Shown piece by piece: positions 9,709-18,752 of a DNA stretch of 64,000 nucleotides; position 1 is the first letter of the stretch; each line of letters opens with the position of its first letter. The notes below the pieces were generated by a model. That model was not told the DNA's origin, ran no database searches, and saw only the letters and a list, made by a program, of their open reading frames with translations. Made by a program: the position numbers and the translations under genes. This DNA is from Burkholderiales bacterium (GTDB lineage: Bacteria > Pseudomonadota > Gammaproteobacteria > Burkholderiales > SG8-39), in assembly GCA_035519135.1 (NCBI GenBank), contig DATIWX010000135.1, positions 1,459-65,458 on the forward strand. Direction: 5' to 3'.

Positions 9709-9944
9709 CAGTAAACAGTAAATAGTCTTCCCAAAACCGGCCTAATCTGGCGTGCCAGTCTACGCTCGGTGAAGTTGTCCTTCAAACTCACGGGGATGCA
9801 AACGCCGTCTTCGAGCTGTGGCCGCGATAGATTGTGCGAGAAGGGTCAAGTGTCTGTTCTGCCAAGGGGTGAAACCCCGCATGACGAAGGCCGGCTGAGG
9901 GCGCCGGTTTTCTGGTGCCGGCCGGAGCGGGGTGCCGCGGACCT

Positions 9945-9958
9945 TTGATCCAGGTCAA
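9945..9958. promoter_or_regulatory. FNR/FixK-type box TTGATCCAGGTCAA
   Basis: Matches TTGAT-N4-ATCAA with one mismatch. Its centre is 83.5 bp upstream of the ATG at 10035. Confidence 0.6.
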
Positions 9959-10034
9959 ATGCCGTGCGGGCGGGCACGGTAGGTTTGGCGTAGGTGCCGC
10001 GAGACGGCGCGTAGACTTGCGAGGCATTGCCGCC

Positions 10035-11030
10035 ATGACCGAACGCATCCAGGACGTCGCCCATCTGGGCAGGATCGAGCTGCTCACCCCGAAGATCGAG
10101 CGCACGCGCTGGTTTTTCGAAACGCTGCTGGGGATGGAGGTCGCGCACGAGGCGGGCAAGTCCCTCTATCTGCGCGGTTACGGCGATTACGCCTCGAGCA
10201 CGCTCAAGCTCACGGAGTCGGACAGGCCCGGCATCGGCTTCATTTCCTGGCGCACGGCGAGCCCCGAAGCTCTGGACCGCCGGGTGGCGGCGATCAAGAA
10301 GGCGGGCCTGGGCGACCGCTGGCACGAGGCGGAGTTCGGGCGCGGCGCGGCCTTCCGCTTCCGCGATCCCGACGGCCACCACATGGACGTGTACTACGAG
10401 GAGCAGAAGTACGTCGCGCCCGCGCACCTGCGCTCGACGCTCAAGAACCTGCCGATGAAGTACACCGCGCGCGGCGTGGACGTGAGGCGCCTCGACCACC
10501 TCGCGCTGCTGGCGCACGACGTCGGACCGAACCGCAAGTTCGCGCAGGACGTGCTCGGGTTCGCGCTGCGCGAGCAGGTGATCTTCGACCAGGGAAAGAC
10601 CGAGCTCGGGTCCTGGCTCAGCCCTTCGCCCGTGCACCACCAGGTGGCCTACGTCGCCGACGCCAAGGGCGGGCACGGCCGGCTGCACCACATCTCGCTG
10701 TGGGTGGACAACCGCGAAGACGTGCTGCGCGCGGCCGACATCCTCGCGGAGAACGGCGTGTTCATCGAGGCCGGCCCCTCGAAGCACAACAATTCGCAGG
10801 GCTTCTACCTGTATTCCTACGAGCCCGGCGGAAACCGCGTCGAGGTCTACTCCGGCAGCTACCTGGTGTTCGCGCCGGACTGGGAGGTCGTGACCTGGAA
10901 CGAGGACGAGCGCGGTACCGGCGTCTACTGGGGCTCGCCCCTGCCCGATAGCTTCATCACCTACGGCACGCCCGATGTGGCGGAGGAGATGGCCCTGGCG
11001 AGGAAGATCCCGGTTTTCGATCCGGTATAG
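10035..11030 (+). CDS. extradiol ring-cleavage dioxygenase-like protein (catechol 2,3-dioxygenase / VOC superfamily, two-domain)
   Basis: 331 aa starting MTERIQDVAHLGRIELL.. It shows repeated VOC modules (..FRFRDPDGHHMDVYYE.., ..HHISLWVDNREDV..EPGGNRVEVY). Confidence 0.75.
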   Translation: MTERIQDVAHLGRIELLTPKIERTRWFFETLLGMEVAHEAGKSLYLRGYGDYASSTLKLTESDRPGIGFISWRTASPEALDRRVAAIKKAGLGDRWHEAEFGRGAAFRFRDPDGHHMDVYYEEQKYVAPAHLRSTLKNLPMKYTARGVDVRRLDHLALLAHDVGPNRKFAQDVLGFALREQVIFDQGKTELGSWLSPSPVHHQVAYVADAKGGHGRLHHISLWVDNREDVLRAADILAENGVFIEAGPSKHNNSQGFYLYSYEPGGNRVEVYSGSYLVFAPDWEVVTWNEDERGTGVYWGSPLPDSFITYGTPDVAEEMALARKIPVFDPV

Positions 11031-11046
11031 CCGGCCAGGAGCGGAC

Positions 11047-11535
11047 ATGGCGGACGCAACGAAACTTCAGCTGATGCGCGAGTCGGCGCTCGCGACGGAG
11101 CTCGATGCGAAGCAGTGCGCCGTGCTCGCTGATCTGGTCACGGTGCGCGACCTCGCCGACGGCGAGGTGCTGGTCGACGAGGGCGCGAGCGACGATCACG
11201 TGCACACCGTCGTGAGCGGAACGCTCGCGGTGGCGAAGCAGGTCCCGCCGGGAGGCCAGTGGATCAACCTGAACGTCCTCACCAAGGGCGACCTCGCCGG
11301 CGAGCTGGCTTTCATGGACGGCAAGCCGCACTACGCGGCTCTCCGCGCGGTCGGCCCGACCAGGATACTGAGCCTGAAGCGCGAAAGACTCGAATCGCTT
11401 CTCGGCAGCGAGCCGCTCATCGTCTATCGGGTGATGCGCGCCATCTTCCGCGTCGTGCACGGCATACTGCATCGCATGGCGCTGCAGGCGAGCGAGCTCA
11501 CCAATTACATCTACAAGCAGCACGGCAAATACTAG
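11047..11535 (+). CDS. cyclic nucleotide-binding domain protein with no DNA-binding domain
   Basis: 162 aa with a cNMP-binding signature (..GDLAGELAFMDGKPHYAALRAVG..). It is too short to carry a C-terminal HTH. Confidence 0.75.
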   Translation: MADATKLQLMRESALATELDAKQCAVLADLVTVRDLADGEVLVDEGASDDHVHTVVSGTLAVAKQVPPGGQWINLNVLTKGDLAGELAFMDGKPHYAALRAVGPTRILSLKRERLESLLGSEPLIVYRVMRAIFRVVHGILHRMALQASELTNYIYKQHGKY

Positions 11536-11553
11536 GGCCGGAGGTGATTGGGT

Positions 11554-13191
11554 ATGCTTCGGGGAACCGCCCTGAGTGGATTCCCCGCCGTGTCCCGTCC
11601 CAGCGAATCGGACCGCCTCCTCGCCGCCCTGCGCGAGCCTGCCTGCTACCCGCACGCGGCGGGGACGGTCGAGCTGATCGAGACCCATATCTCATGGGTG
11701 TTTCTCGCCGGCGAGTTCGCGTACAAGATCAAGAAGCCGGTGAACCTCGGATTCCTCGATTTCGGCACGCTCGAAAAGCGGCGTTTCTACTGCGAGGAGG
11801 AGCTGCGGCTCAACCGGCGCACGGCGCCGGGCCTCTACGTAGACGTCGTTCCCGTCGCCGAGAGCCGGGACGGGCTGCGCGTGGGCGGGACGGGGAAGGC
11901 GATCGAGTACGCGCTCAGGATGCGGCGTTTCCCGCAGGAAGCCCTCGCCGATGCCGTGGCCCGGCGCGGCGAGCTGCGCGCCGCCCAGGCCGAAGCGATC
12001 GCCGCCGCCATCGCCGCGTTTCACGCCGGCATTCCGGCGGCGGCCCAGGATTCCGGATACGGTTCTCCCGACCATGTCACCGCGCCGGCGCTGGCCAACT
12101 TCGAGCAGCTCGGCGGGCTGGTCGCCGATCCGGCCGAGAGCGCCAGGCTCGAGGAGCTGCGCGACTGGACCCGGAACGAAGGCGCGCGGCTGCGCGAAAC
12201 CTTCGCCGCGCGCAAGCGCGGCGGGTTCGTGCGCGAGTGCCACGGCGACCTGCATCTCGGCAACATCGCGTTTCTCGAGGGGCGGCCCGTGCCGTTCGAT
12301 TGCATCGAATTCGACCCGCGGCTCCGCTGGATCGACGTGATGAACGAAATCGCGTTCCTCGCGATGGATCTGCTCGAGCACGGGCTGAACGCGGCCGCCT
12401 GGCGGTTCCTGAACGCCTATCTCGAGACCACGGGGGACTACGCGGGCGTGCGGGTGCTGCGCTACTACCTCGTCTATCGCGCCACGGTGAGGGCGATGGT
12501 CGCCTGCATACGCCTGCATCAGCCGGGAGCCGGCGCGGCGGCGCAGGGCAGGGCGCACCGCGAGTACGGAGAGTATCTCGCGCTGGCGGGGTCGCTGGCC
12601 GGTTCTGCCCGGCGCGCGCTCATCGTGATGCACGGCCTGTCGGGTTCCGGCAAGACGACCGTGGCGCAGAGGATGTCGGAGAGCCTCGGCGCGGTGCGCG
12701 TGCGCTCCGATGTCGAGCGCAAGCGCCTGCACGGCCTGGCCGCCGGGGCGCGGACGCAGTCGCAGCCGTTCGGCGGGATCTACGCGCCCGAGGCCACGCG
12801 CCTGACCTACGCGAGGCTCGCGCAGGCGGCGCGCGACGTCGTCGAATCGCGATACGGCGTGATCGTCGATGCCGCTTTCCTGCGGCGCGCGGAGCGCGAG
12901 CAGTTCCGGGCGCTCGCCCGGGAGCTCGGAGCGCCGTTCCTGATCGCGTCGTGCCGGGCCGGCGAGGCGGCGCTGCGCGCCCGCGTCGCGCGCAGAGAGA
13001 CGGCGGCGAGCGATGCCTCCGAAGCCGGCGTGTCCGTGCTGGAGAATCAGCTCGCGACGCAGGAGCCGCTCGGCGCCGACGAGCTCGCGCACGCCGCGCT
13101 GATCGACACCGAGCGGGACGAAGCCGCCCTGGAGGAGGCGATCGCGGGAATCGCAGGCCGCCTCGAGACCGCAGGCGCGACTGATGGCTGA
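11554..13191 (+). CDS. bifunctional aminoglycoside-phosphotransferase-like / P-loop (AAA) kinase family protein
   Basis: The N-terminal part has ..ELIETHISWVFLAGEFAYKIKKPV.. The C-terminal part has the Walker A motif MHGLSGSGKTT. GGAGGTG lies 8 nt upstream of the ATG at 11554. Confidence 0.75.
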   Translation: MLRGTALSGFPAVSRPSESDRLLAALREPACYPHAAGTVELIETHISWVFLAGEFAYKIKKPVNLGFLDFGTLEKRRFYCEEELRLNRRTAPGLYVDVVPVAESRDGLRVGGTGKAIEYALRMRRFPQEALADAVARRGELRAAQAEAIAAAIAAFHAGIPAAAQDSGYGSPDHVTAPALANFEQLGGLVADPAESARLEELRDWTRNEGARLRETFAARKRGGFVRECHGDLHLGNIAFLEGRPVPFDCIEFDPRLRWIDVMNEIAFLAMDLLEHGLNAAAWRFLNAYLETTGDYAGVRVLRYYLVYRATVRAMVACIRLHQPGAGAAAQGRAHREYGEYLALAGSLAGSARRALIVMHGLSGSGKTTVAQRMSESLGAVRVRSDVERKRLHGLAAGARTQSQPFGGIYAPEATRLTYARLAQAARDVVESRYGVIVDAAFLRRAEREQFRALARELGAPFLIASCRAGEAALRARVARRETAASDASEAGVSVLENQLATQEPLGADELAHAALIDTERDEAALEEAIAGIAGRLETAGATDG

Positions 13192-14140
13192 GATCGACGT
13201 CTTCAACGGCGACGCGGACGGCATGTGTTCGCTGCGCCAGCTTCGCCTCGCCGAGCCGGCCGACTCGCTGCTGGTCACCGGCCCGAAGCGGGACATCGCC
13301 CTGCTCGACCGCGTCCGGGCCGGGGCGGGCGACGTCGTGACCGTTCTCGACATCTCCCTCGAGCGCAACCGCGCGGCGCTGCTCGCGCTTCTCGGGCGCG
13401 GCGCGCGAGTGCGCTACTTCGATCATCACTTCGCGGGCGAGGTGCCCGTGCATCCGCGGCTCGAGGCCGTGCTCGACGCGTCGCCCGAGAGCTGTACCAG
13501 CGTGCTCGTCGACCGCCACCTCGGCGGGCGCTTCCGCGCCTGGGCTGTGGTCGGGGCCTTCGGCGACAATCTGGACGAGGTCGCGTTGCGCCTGGGCGGC
13601 TCGCTCGCCCTGGGCGCCGCGGAGCTGGAGAAGCTGCGCGAGCTGGGGCGCGGCCTCAACTACAACGCCTACGGCGGGAGCGAGTCCGACCTGCTGGTGC
13701 GTCCTGCGCGGCTGTACGGGCTGCTCGCCCAATACGAGGATCCGCTGAAGTTCGCCGCCAGGGAAAGGATCTTCAGGCGCCTGCAGGGCGCGATGCACGC
13801 GGATCTCAAGGCGGCCATGAGCGTGCCGCCGCACTGGTCGGGCGAGCGCGCCAGCGCGTACCTGCTCCCGAACCGCCCGTCCAGCCGCCGCGTCCTCGGC
13901 GTGTTCGCGAATCATCTTGCCCGCGTCGAGCCGCGCCGCGCGCACGCGGTGCTCGCACCCGAGTCGAACGGCGGCTACATCGTGAGCCTGCGCGTGCCCG
14001 AGACGAGCGGAACGAGCGCCGACGCCTTCTGCCGGGAATTCCCCTCCGGGGGCGGACGGCGCACCGCGGCGGGCATCGACGAGCTGCCCGAGGAGCGGCT
14101 GGCCGAGCTCGTCGAGCGGTTTGCCGCGACGTTCGGCTAG
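13184..14140 (+). CDS. DHH-family phosphoesterase-like protein
   Basis: It overlaps the upstream gene by 8 nt. Motifs are GDADG and YFDHHF. Confidence 0.6.
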   Translation: MAEIDVFNGDADGMCSLRQLRLAEPADSLLVTGPKRDIALLDRVRAGAGDVVTVLDISLERNRAALLALLGRGARVRYFDHHFAGEVPVHPRLEAVLDASPESCTSVLVDRHLGGRFRAWAVVGAFGDNLDEVALRLGGSLALGAAELEKLRELGRGLNYNAYGGSESDLLVRPARLYGLLAQYEDPLKFAARERIFRRLQGAMHADLKAAMSVPPHWSGERASAYLLPNRPSSRRVLGVFANHLARVEPRRAHAVLAPESNGGYIVSLRVPETSGTSADAFCREFPSGGGRRTAAGIDELPEERLAELVERFAATFG

Positions 14141-14147
14141 GTTCGGT

Positions 14148-17100
14148 TCACGCCTTCCCGCGCGGGGGGGCCTCGAAGCGCCGGCGGTAAGCGACGTAGT
14201 AGAGCACCGGAATTACCACCAGCGTGAGCGCGGTCGACACGAAGATGCCGAAAATGAGCGCGATCGCCAGGCCGTTGAAGATGGGATCGTCGAGGATGAA
14301 CGCGGCGCCGAGCATCGCCGCGAGCGCGGTGAGCGCGATCGGCTTGGCCCGCGCGATCGCCGACTGAACCACCGCCTCGCCGAAAGGCACGCCTTCCTCG
14401 ACCTTGAGGTTGATGAAGTCGACGAGCAGGATGGAGTTCCGGACGATGATGCCGGCGAGCGCGATCATGCCGATCATCGAGGTGGCGGTGAAGTTGGCGC
14501 CGAGCAGCGCGTGGCCGGGCATCACGCCGATCACGGTGAGAGGAATCGGCGCCATGATCACCAGCGGCGTCACATAGGAGCGGAACTGCGCGACGACCAG
14601 GAGATAGATGAGGATCAGCCCGACGCCGTAGGCCAGGCCCATGTCGCGGAAGGTCTCGTAGGTGACCTGCCATTCGCCGTCCCACTTGATCGCGAACTGC
14701 CGGTACGGGTCGGAGGGCTGGCGCACGAAGTATTCGCCGAGCCCACCGCCTTCCCCTTGGGCGGCGCCCGCGATCCGGGCGCGCGCGGCGAACATGCCGT
14801 AGAGCGGGCTGTCGACGCGCCCCGTCTGATCGCCGATGACGTATACGACCGGGAGCAGGTCCTTGTGATAGAGCGGCCGGTCGCGGTCGTTGCGCGCGAT
14901 ATGGACCACTTCCGAGAGCGGCACCAGCGCACCCGAGGGTGCGCGCACCGCGAGCTTGAGGAATTCGCCCAGCTCCCCCTGCCGCTCGGAGGGCAGCGCA
15001 AGACGCACCGGCACCTCGTACTTCGATGCCCCGTCGTGCAGCGGCGTCACGTCGGCGCCGGACAGCCCCACGCGCATGGTTTCGACGACGTCGCGTCGCG
15101 TCACGCCGAGCAGCGCCGCCTTGCCCTGGTCGACTCTCAGCAGCAGGCGCGGTGCGGCGTCTTCGACGCTGTCGTCGATGCCGACGACGTCCGGGGTCGA
15201 GGCGAGGGCTTCGCGTACGCGCTTGGCGACGCGCACGCGCCCCGGCTCGTCCGGCCCGTAGACCTCCGCGACGATGGGCGAGAGCACCGGCGGCCCGGGC
15301 GGCACCTCCACCACCTTCACCCGCGCGTTCCAACGCAGCGCGATCTCCTCGAGCCTGGGCCGCACGCCTTGCGCGATCTCGTGGCTCTTGCGCGAGCGCT
15401 CCTTCTTGCCGACGAGGTTGACCTGGAGGTCGCCGGCCTCGGAGGCGGTGCGCAGGTAGTACTGGCGCACCAGGCCGTTGAAGCTGATCGGCGAAGCGAG
15501 GCCCGCGTAGGCCTGGTAGTCGGTGACCTCGGGGACGCTCGCGAGGTAGGCGCCCATGTCGTGCAGCGCGCCGGCGGTCGCCTCGAGCGGGGTTCCCGCC
15601 GGCATGTCGACCACGACCTGGAATTCCGACTTGTTGTCGAAGGGGAGCATCTTCAGCACCACCCACTTCACCGCGGCGAGCGAGACGGAGAGCACGATCA
15701 GGGCAGCGATCGCGCCGTACAGCCAGCGCCGGTTGCGCGCGGCCGACGCCGCGCCGACGAAAGGCCCGAGGACGCGGCGGAAAAAACGGTCCAGCCGCCC
15801 GGTCGCCGCCTTCTCGCCGTGGGCGTGCCTGTGCAGCAGCCTGAGCGCGAGCCAGGGCGTGACGGTGAACGCGATCGCGAGCGAGATGACCATCCCCATG
15901 CTGGCGTTGATCGGGATCGGGCTCATGTAGGGGCCCATGAGGCCGGACACGAACGCCATCGGCAGGAGCGCGGCGATCACCGTGAGGGTGGCGAGAATGG
16001 TCGGCCCGCCGACCTCGTCGACCGCGTCCGGGATCACGCCCGTGAGCGGCCCGGGGTCGAGCGACATGCGCCGGTGGATGTTCTCGACCACGACGATGGC
16101 GTCGTCCACCAGGATGCCGATCGAGAAGATCAGCGCGAAGAGCGAGACGCGATTGAGGGTGAAACCCCAGGCCCAGGAGGCGAACAGCGTCGTCGCGAGC
16201 GTGAGCAGCACCGCCATCCCCACGATCAGCGCCTCGCGCCGGCCAAGCGTTACGAACACCAGCACGACCACCGACAAGGTGGCGAAGACGAGCTTGTGGA
16301 TGAGCTGTTGCGCTTTTTCGTCGGCGCTTGCGCCGTAGTTGCGCGTGACGGTGATGCGCACGTCGTCCGGGATCACGGTGCCGCGGAGCTCGTTCATGCG
16401 TTCCAGCACCCGCCCGGCGACGTCCACCGCGTTCTCGCCGGGCTTCTTGGTGATCTGCAGCGTCACCGCCGGTTGCTCCGTGCCCGGGTGCCCGCCCTGC
16501 TTCGCAGCCGATGGTCCGAAGCCCGTCCAGACGTAGCGCGCCGGCTGCTCGGGGCCGTCGATCACCTCGGCCACGTCGGCGAGAAACACCGGACGCCGCT
16601 CGAATGCGCCCACCACCAGCTCCTTCAGGTCGGCGGCCGATTCGAGATAGTTGCCGGTCTCGACCACGATCTCGCGGTTCTCGCGCACCAGCTTCCCGGT
16701 GGGCAGGGCGATGTTGGCGAGCTGCAGGGCGTTGCGTACGTCGAGCGCCGAGACCTCGTAGGCGTTCAGCCGGTCCGGATCGAGCAGCACGCGCACCGCG
16801 CGCCCGGGGCCGCCCAGGGTCTGGACCTCGCGCGTGCCCGGGACGCGCTTGAACTCGATTTCGGCGGCATGAGCGACGCGCTCCAGCTCGAAGGCGCCGC
16901 GGCCGCGGTCTTCGCTCCACAGCGTGAGCGTGACCACGGGAACGTCGTCGATGCCCTTGGGCTTGATGATGGGATCGAGGATGCCCAGCTCGGGCGACAC
17001 CCAGTCGCGGTTGGAATTGATGGTGTCGTAGAGGCGCACCAGCGCGTCGATGCGCGGCACGCCGACCTTGAACTGCACCGTGAGCACCGCCATGCCGGGG

Positions 17101-17363
17101 CGCGACACCGAGAACACGTGCTCGATGCCGCTCATCTGCGCGAGCACCTGCTCGGCGGGCGTGGCGACGAGCGCCTCGACGTCGCGCGCCGAGGCGCCGG
17201 GGAAGGGCACGAAGACGTTCGCCATGGTGACGTTGATCTGCGGTTCCTCCTCGCGCGGCGTCACCGCCACCGCGAACAGGCCGAGCAGGAACGCGACCAG
17301 CGCGATCAGCGGGGTAAGCTGCGAGTCCTGGAAGAACCGCGCGATGCGGCCCGAGATGCCCAT
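14148..17363 (-). CDS. RND efflux transporter permease (AcrB/HAE family)
   Basis: 1071 aa with the 12-TM RND architecture and typical N-terminus (..RFFQDSQLTPLIALVAFLLG..) and C-terminus. Confidence 0.9.
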   Translation of the reverse strand: MGISGRIARFFQDSQLTPLIALVAFLLGLFAVAVTPREEEPQINVTMANVFVPFPGASARDVEALVATPAEQVLAQMSGIEHVFSVSRPGMAVLTVQFKVGVPRIDALVRLYDTINSNRDWVSPELGILDPIIKPKGIDDVPVVTLTLWSEDRGRGAFELERVAHAAEIEFKRVPGTREVQTLGGPGRAVRVLLDPDRLNAYEVSALDVRNALQLANIALPTGKLVRENREIVVETGNYLESAADLKELVVGAFERRPVFLADVAEVIDGPEQPARYVWTGFGPSAAKQGGHPGTEQPAVTLQITKKPGENAVDVAGRVLERMNELRGTVIPDDVRITVTRNYGASADEKAQQLIHKLVFATLSVVVLVFVTLGRREALIVGMAVLLTLATTLFASWAWGFTLNRVSLFALIFSIGILVDDAIVVVENIHRRMSLDPGPLTGVIPDAVDEVGGPTILATLTVIAALLPMAFVSGLMGPYMSPIPINASMGMVISLAIAFTVTPWLALRLLHRHAHGEKAATGRLDRFFRRVLGPFVGAASAARNRRWLYGAIAALIVLSVSLAAVKWVVLKMLPFDNKSEFQVVVDMPAGTPLEATAGALHDMGAYLASVPEVTDYQAYAGLASPISFNGLVRQYYLRTASEAGDLQVNLVGKKERSRKSHEIAQGVRPRLEEIALRWNARVKVVEVPPGPPVLSPIVAEVYGPDEPGRVRVAKRVREALASTPDVVGIDDSVEDAAPRLLLRVDQGKAALLGVTRRDVVETMRVGLSGADVTPLHDGASKYEVPVRLALPSERQGELGEFLKLAVRAPSGALVPLSEVVHIARNDRDRPLYHKDLLPVVYVIGDQTGRVDSPLYGMFAARARIAGAAQGEGGGLGEYFVRQPSDPYRQFAIKWDGEWQVTYETFRDMGLAYGVGLILIYLLVVAQFRSYVTPLVIMAPIPLTVIGVMPGHALLGANFTATSMIGMIALAGIIVRNSILLVDFINLKVEEGVPFGEAVVQSAIARAKPIALTALAAMLGAAFILDDPIFNGLAIALIFGIFVSTALTLVVIPVLYYVAYRRRFEAPPRGKA

Positions 17364-17375
17364 GCGGCCAGGCCC

Positions 17376-18431
17376 TCAGTTGGCCGCGCGCGGCCCGGCT
17401 TCCGCCGCCGCTTTCAGCGGCTCGAGCGCGACGCGGTCGCCCGGCCGCAGGCCCGCCAGCACCTCGACCGAGCTTTCGTCGGACGCGGCGCCGAGGCGGA
17501 TCTGGCGCAGCTGCAGCGAGCCGTCTCCTCCCACCACGTACGCCGCGACGACCTCGCTGCGCTGGACGAGCGCCGCGCGCGGCATCAGCAGCCGCGGCTC
17601 GCGCCCGACGATGAAATGCGCTCGCGCGTAGATGCCGGGGTAGACGCCGCGCACGTCCGGCGGCAGCTCTAGCCGCACCTGCGTCGTGTGCGTGCGCGGA
17701 TCGGCGGCGGGGACGATGGTCACGCGCCTCGCCTCGATCCACTTGCCGACCGAGGGGATCTCGACGCGCGCCCTGCCGCTCGCCTGGATCGCGCCGATCT
17801 GTGCCTGCGGGACGGTGGCGGTGACGCGCAGCGTGGCGGGATCGAACCCGGTCATGAGCGGCCTGCCCGGCACCGCCATCTCGCCCAGCTCGACGTGGCG
17901 CGCCGATACCAGGCCGCTGTACGGCGCGACGATGGTGGCGAAGCTGCGCTCGGTCGCGGCCTGGCTCGCGCCCGCGAGCAGCGCGGTCAGGCGCGCCTGC
18001 GCCGCCTTGTAGTCCGACTCGGACTTGTCGAGCGCCGCCTCGCTGAGGAATTTCTGCGCGACCAGCTGCCTGGAACGCTCGTACTGCACGCGCGCGTTGC
18101 GCAGCTCGGCCTCGGCCTGGCGCACCTGCGCCTCGCTCGCCTCGAGGGCCTGCGCCGCGGCGCGCTCGTCGATGCGCACGATGACGTCGCCTTTCTTCAC
18201 GTAGTCGCCGACGTCGAAACGCAGCTCGACGATGCGGCCCGCGACCTGCGCGGCGACGGTCGATTGCCGCACCGCCTCGATCACCGCTTCGGCGGAGTAC
18301 GTCAGCCCGACCTCGCGCATCTCGACCGCGGCCGTCTTGACGCTCGCGGCTCGCGCGGGCTCGCGCGGCGCCTCGCCCTGGCCGCAGGCGGCGAGGAGCA
18401 GCGCCGACACGGCGGCGAGTAGCGGCTTCAC
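17376..18431 (-). CDS. RND efflux periplasmic adaptor (membrane fusion protein)
   Basis: The GTG start at 18431 gives (M)KPLLAAVSALLLAACG, a lipobox. Coiled-coil and beta-barrel regions are typical of the HlyD/MFP family. Confidence 0.8.
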   Translation of the reverse strand: MKPLLAAVSALLLAACGQGEAPREPARAASVKTAAVEMREVGLTYSAEAVIEAVRQSTVAAQVAGRIVELRFDVGDYVKKGDVIVRIDERAAAQALEASEAQVRQAEAELRNARVQYERSRQLVAQKFLSEAALDKSESDYKAAQARLTALLAGASQAATERSFATIVAPYSGLVSARHVELGEMAVPGRPLMTGFDPATLRVTATVPQAQIGAIQASGRARVEIPSVGKWIEARRVTIVPAADPRTHTTQVRLELPPDVRGVYPGIYARAHFIVGREPRLLMPRAALVQRSEVVAAYVVGGDGSLQLRQIRLGAASDESSVEVLAGLRPGDRVALEPLKAAAEAGPRAAN

Positions 18432-18652
18432 ATTCCGCCGGGAGAGGCGGCGCTCTTCACGCCGAAGCGCAGCAGGATCGACTCGAGCGGGCAGACCCGG
18501 GTGAAGCCGCTCTGGAACAGGTTCGCGCCGACGAACAGGGTGAACCACAGGAAATGCCTGCTCACGAAGATCGGGCTCGCTTCCACGCCGAGGGCGAGCG
18601 AGGCGATGACAAATGCGCCCGCGAAGATGCGGACCAGCCGTTCGGTCGTCAT
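18428..18652 (-). CDS. DUF2892 (YgaP-like) small membrane protein
   Basis: 74 aa starting MTTERLVRIFAGAFVI.. with ..GANLFQSGFTRVCPLE.. The RBS AAGGAGA is present. Its stop overlaps the MFP GTG start (GTGA). Confidence 0.6.
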   Translation of the reverse strand: MTTERLVRIFAGAFVIASLALGVEASPIFVSRHFLWFTLFVGANLFQSGFTRVCPLESILLRFGVKSAASPGGM

Positions 18653-18700
18653 GTCGATGTCTCCTTTGGCGCCATGTTCCGCTCTTGCTAAGGACGCGGT

Positions 18701-18714
18701 TTGACGCAGATCAA
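18701..18714. promoter_or_regulatory. FNR/FixK-type box TTGACGCAGATCAA
   Basis: One mismatch to the consensus. Its centre is 55.5 bp upstream of the DUF2892 ATG (18652) and 45.5 bp upstream of the ABC gene remnant (18753). Confidence 0.6.
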
Positions 18715-18752
18715 GCCGCGAGCCGGCGCGCCCCGTATTCTGGGCGGCGACC

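Noticed and set aside
9788-11048. Minus-strand ORFs 9788..10159 and 9846..11048 opposite the dioxygenase gene and its promoter
   Set aside because: These are Arg/Ala-rich antisense shadows. The 400-aa ORF exactly mirrors the dioxygenase CDS. Their 5' parts would run through the FNR-type box and the noncoding leader.
11047-11535. The cNMP-binding protein as the CRP/FNR-family regulator that recognises the boxes
   Set aside because: It has only 162 aa, with no C-terminal helix-turn-helix and no N-terminal Cys cluster. It cannot be an FNR-type DNA-binding protein, so the regulator must be encoded elsewhere.
11554-14140. The APH/P-loop kinase plus DHH protein as a toxin-antitoxin (zeta-like) or phage defence module
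   Set aside because: No small antitoxin-like partner, nuclease, or other defence hallmark is present. The genes sit in an operon with metabolic and signalling genes, so the evidence is insufficient.
14121-17742. Two ORFs of about 1200 aa (14121..17672 plus strand, 14137..17742 minus strand) covering the RND gene
   Set aside because: Their composition is extremely Arg/Asp/Gly/His- or Arg/Ala-rich, which looks non-protein-like. The third frame (14148..17363, minus strand) is an unmistakable AcrB-type permease.
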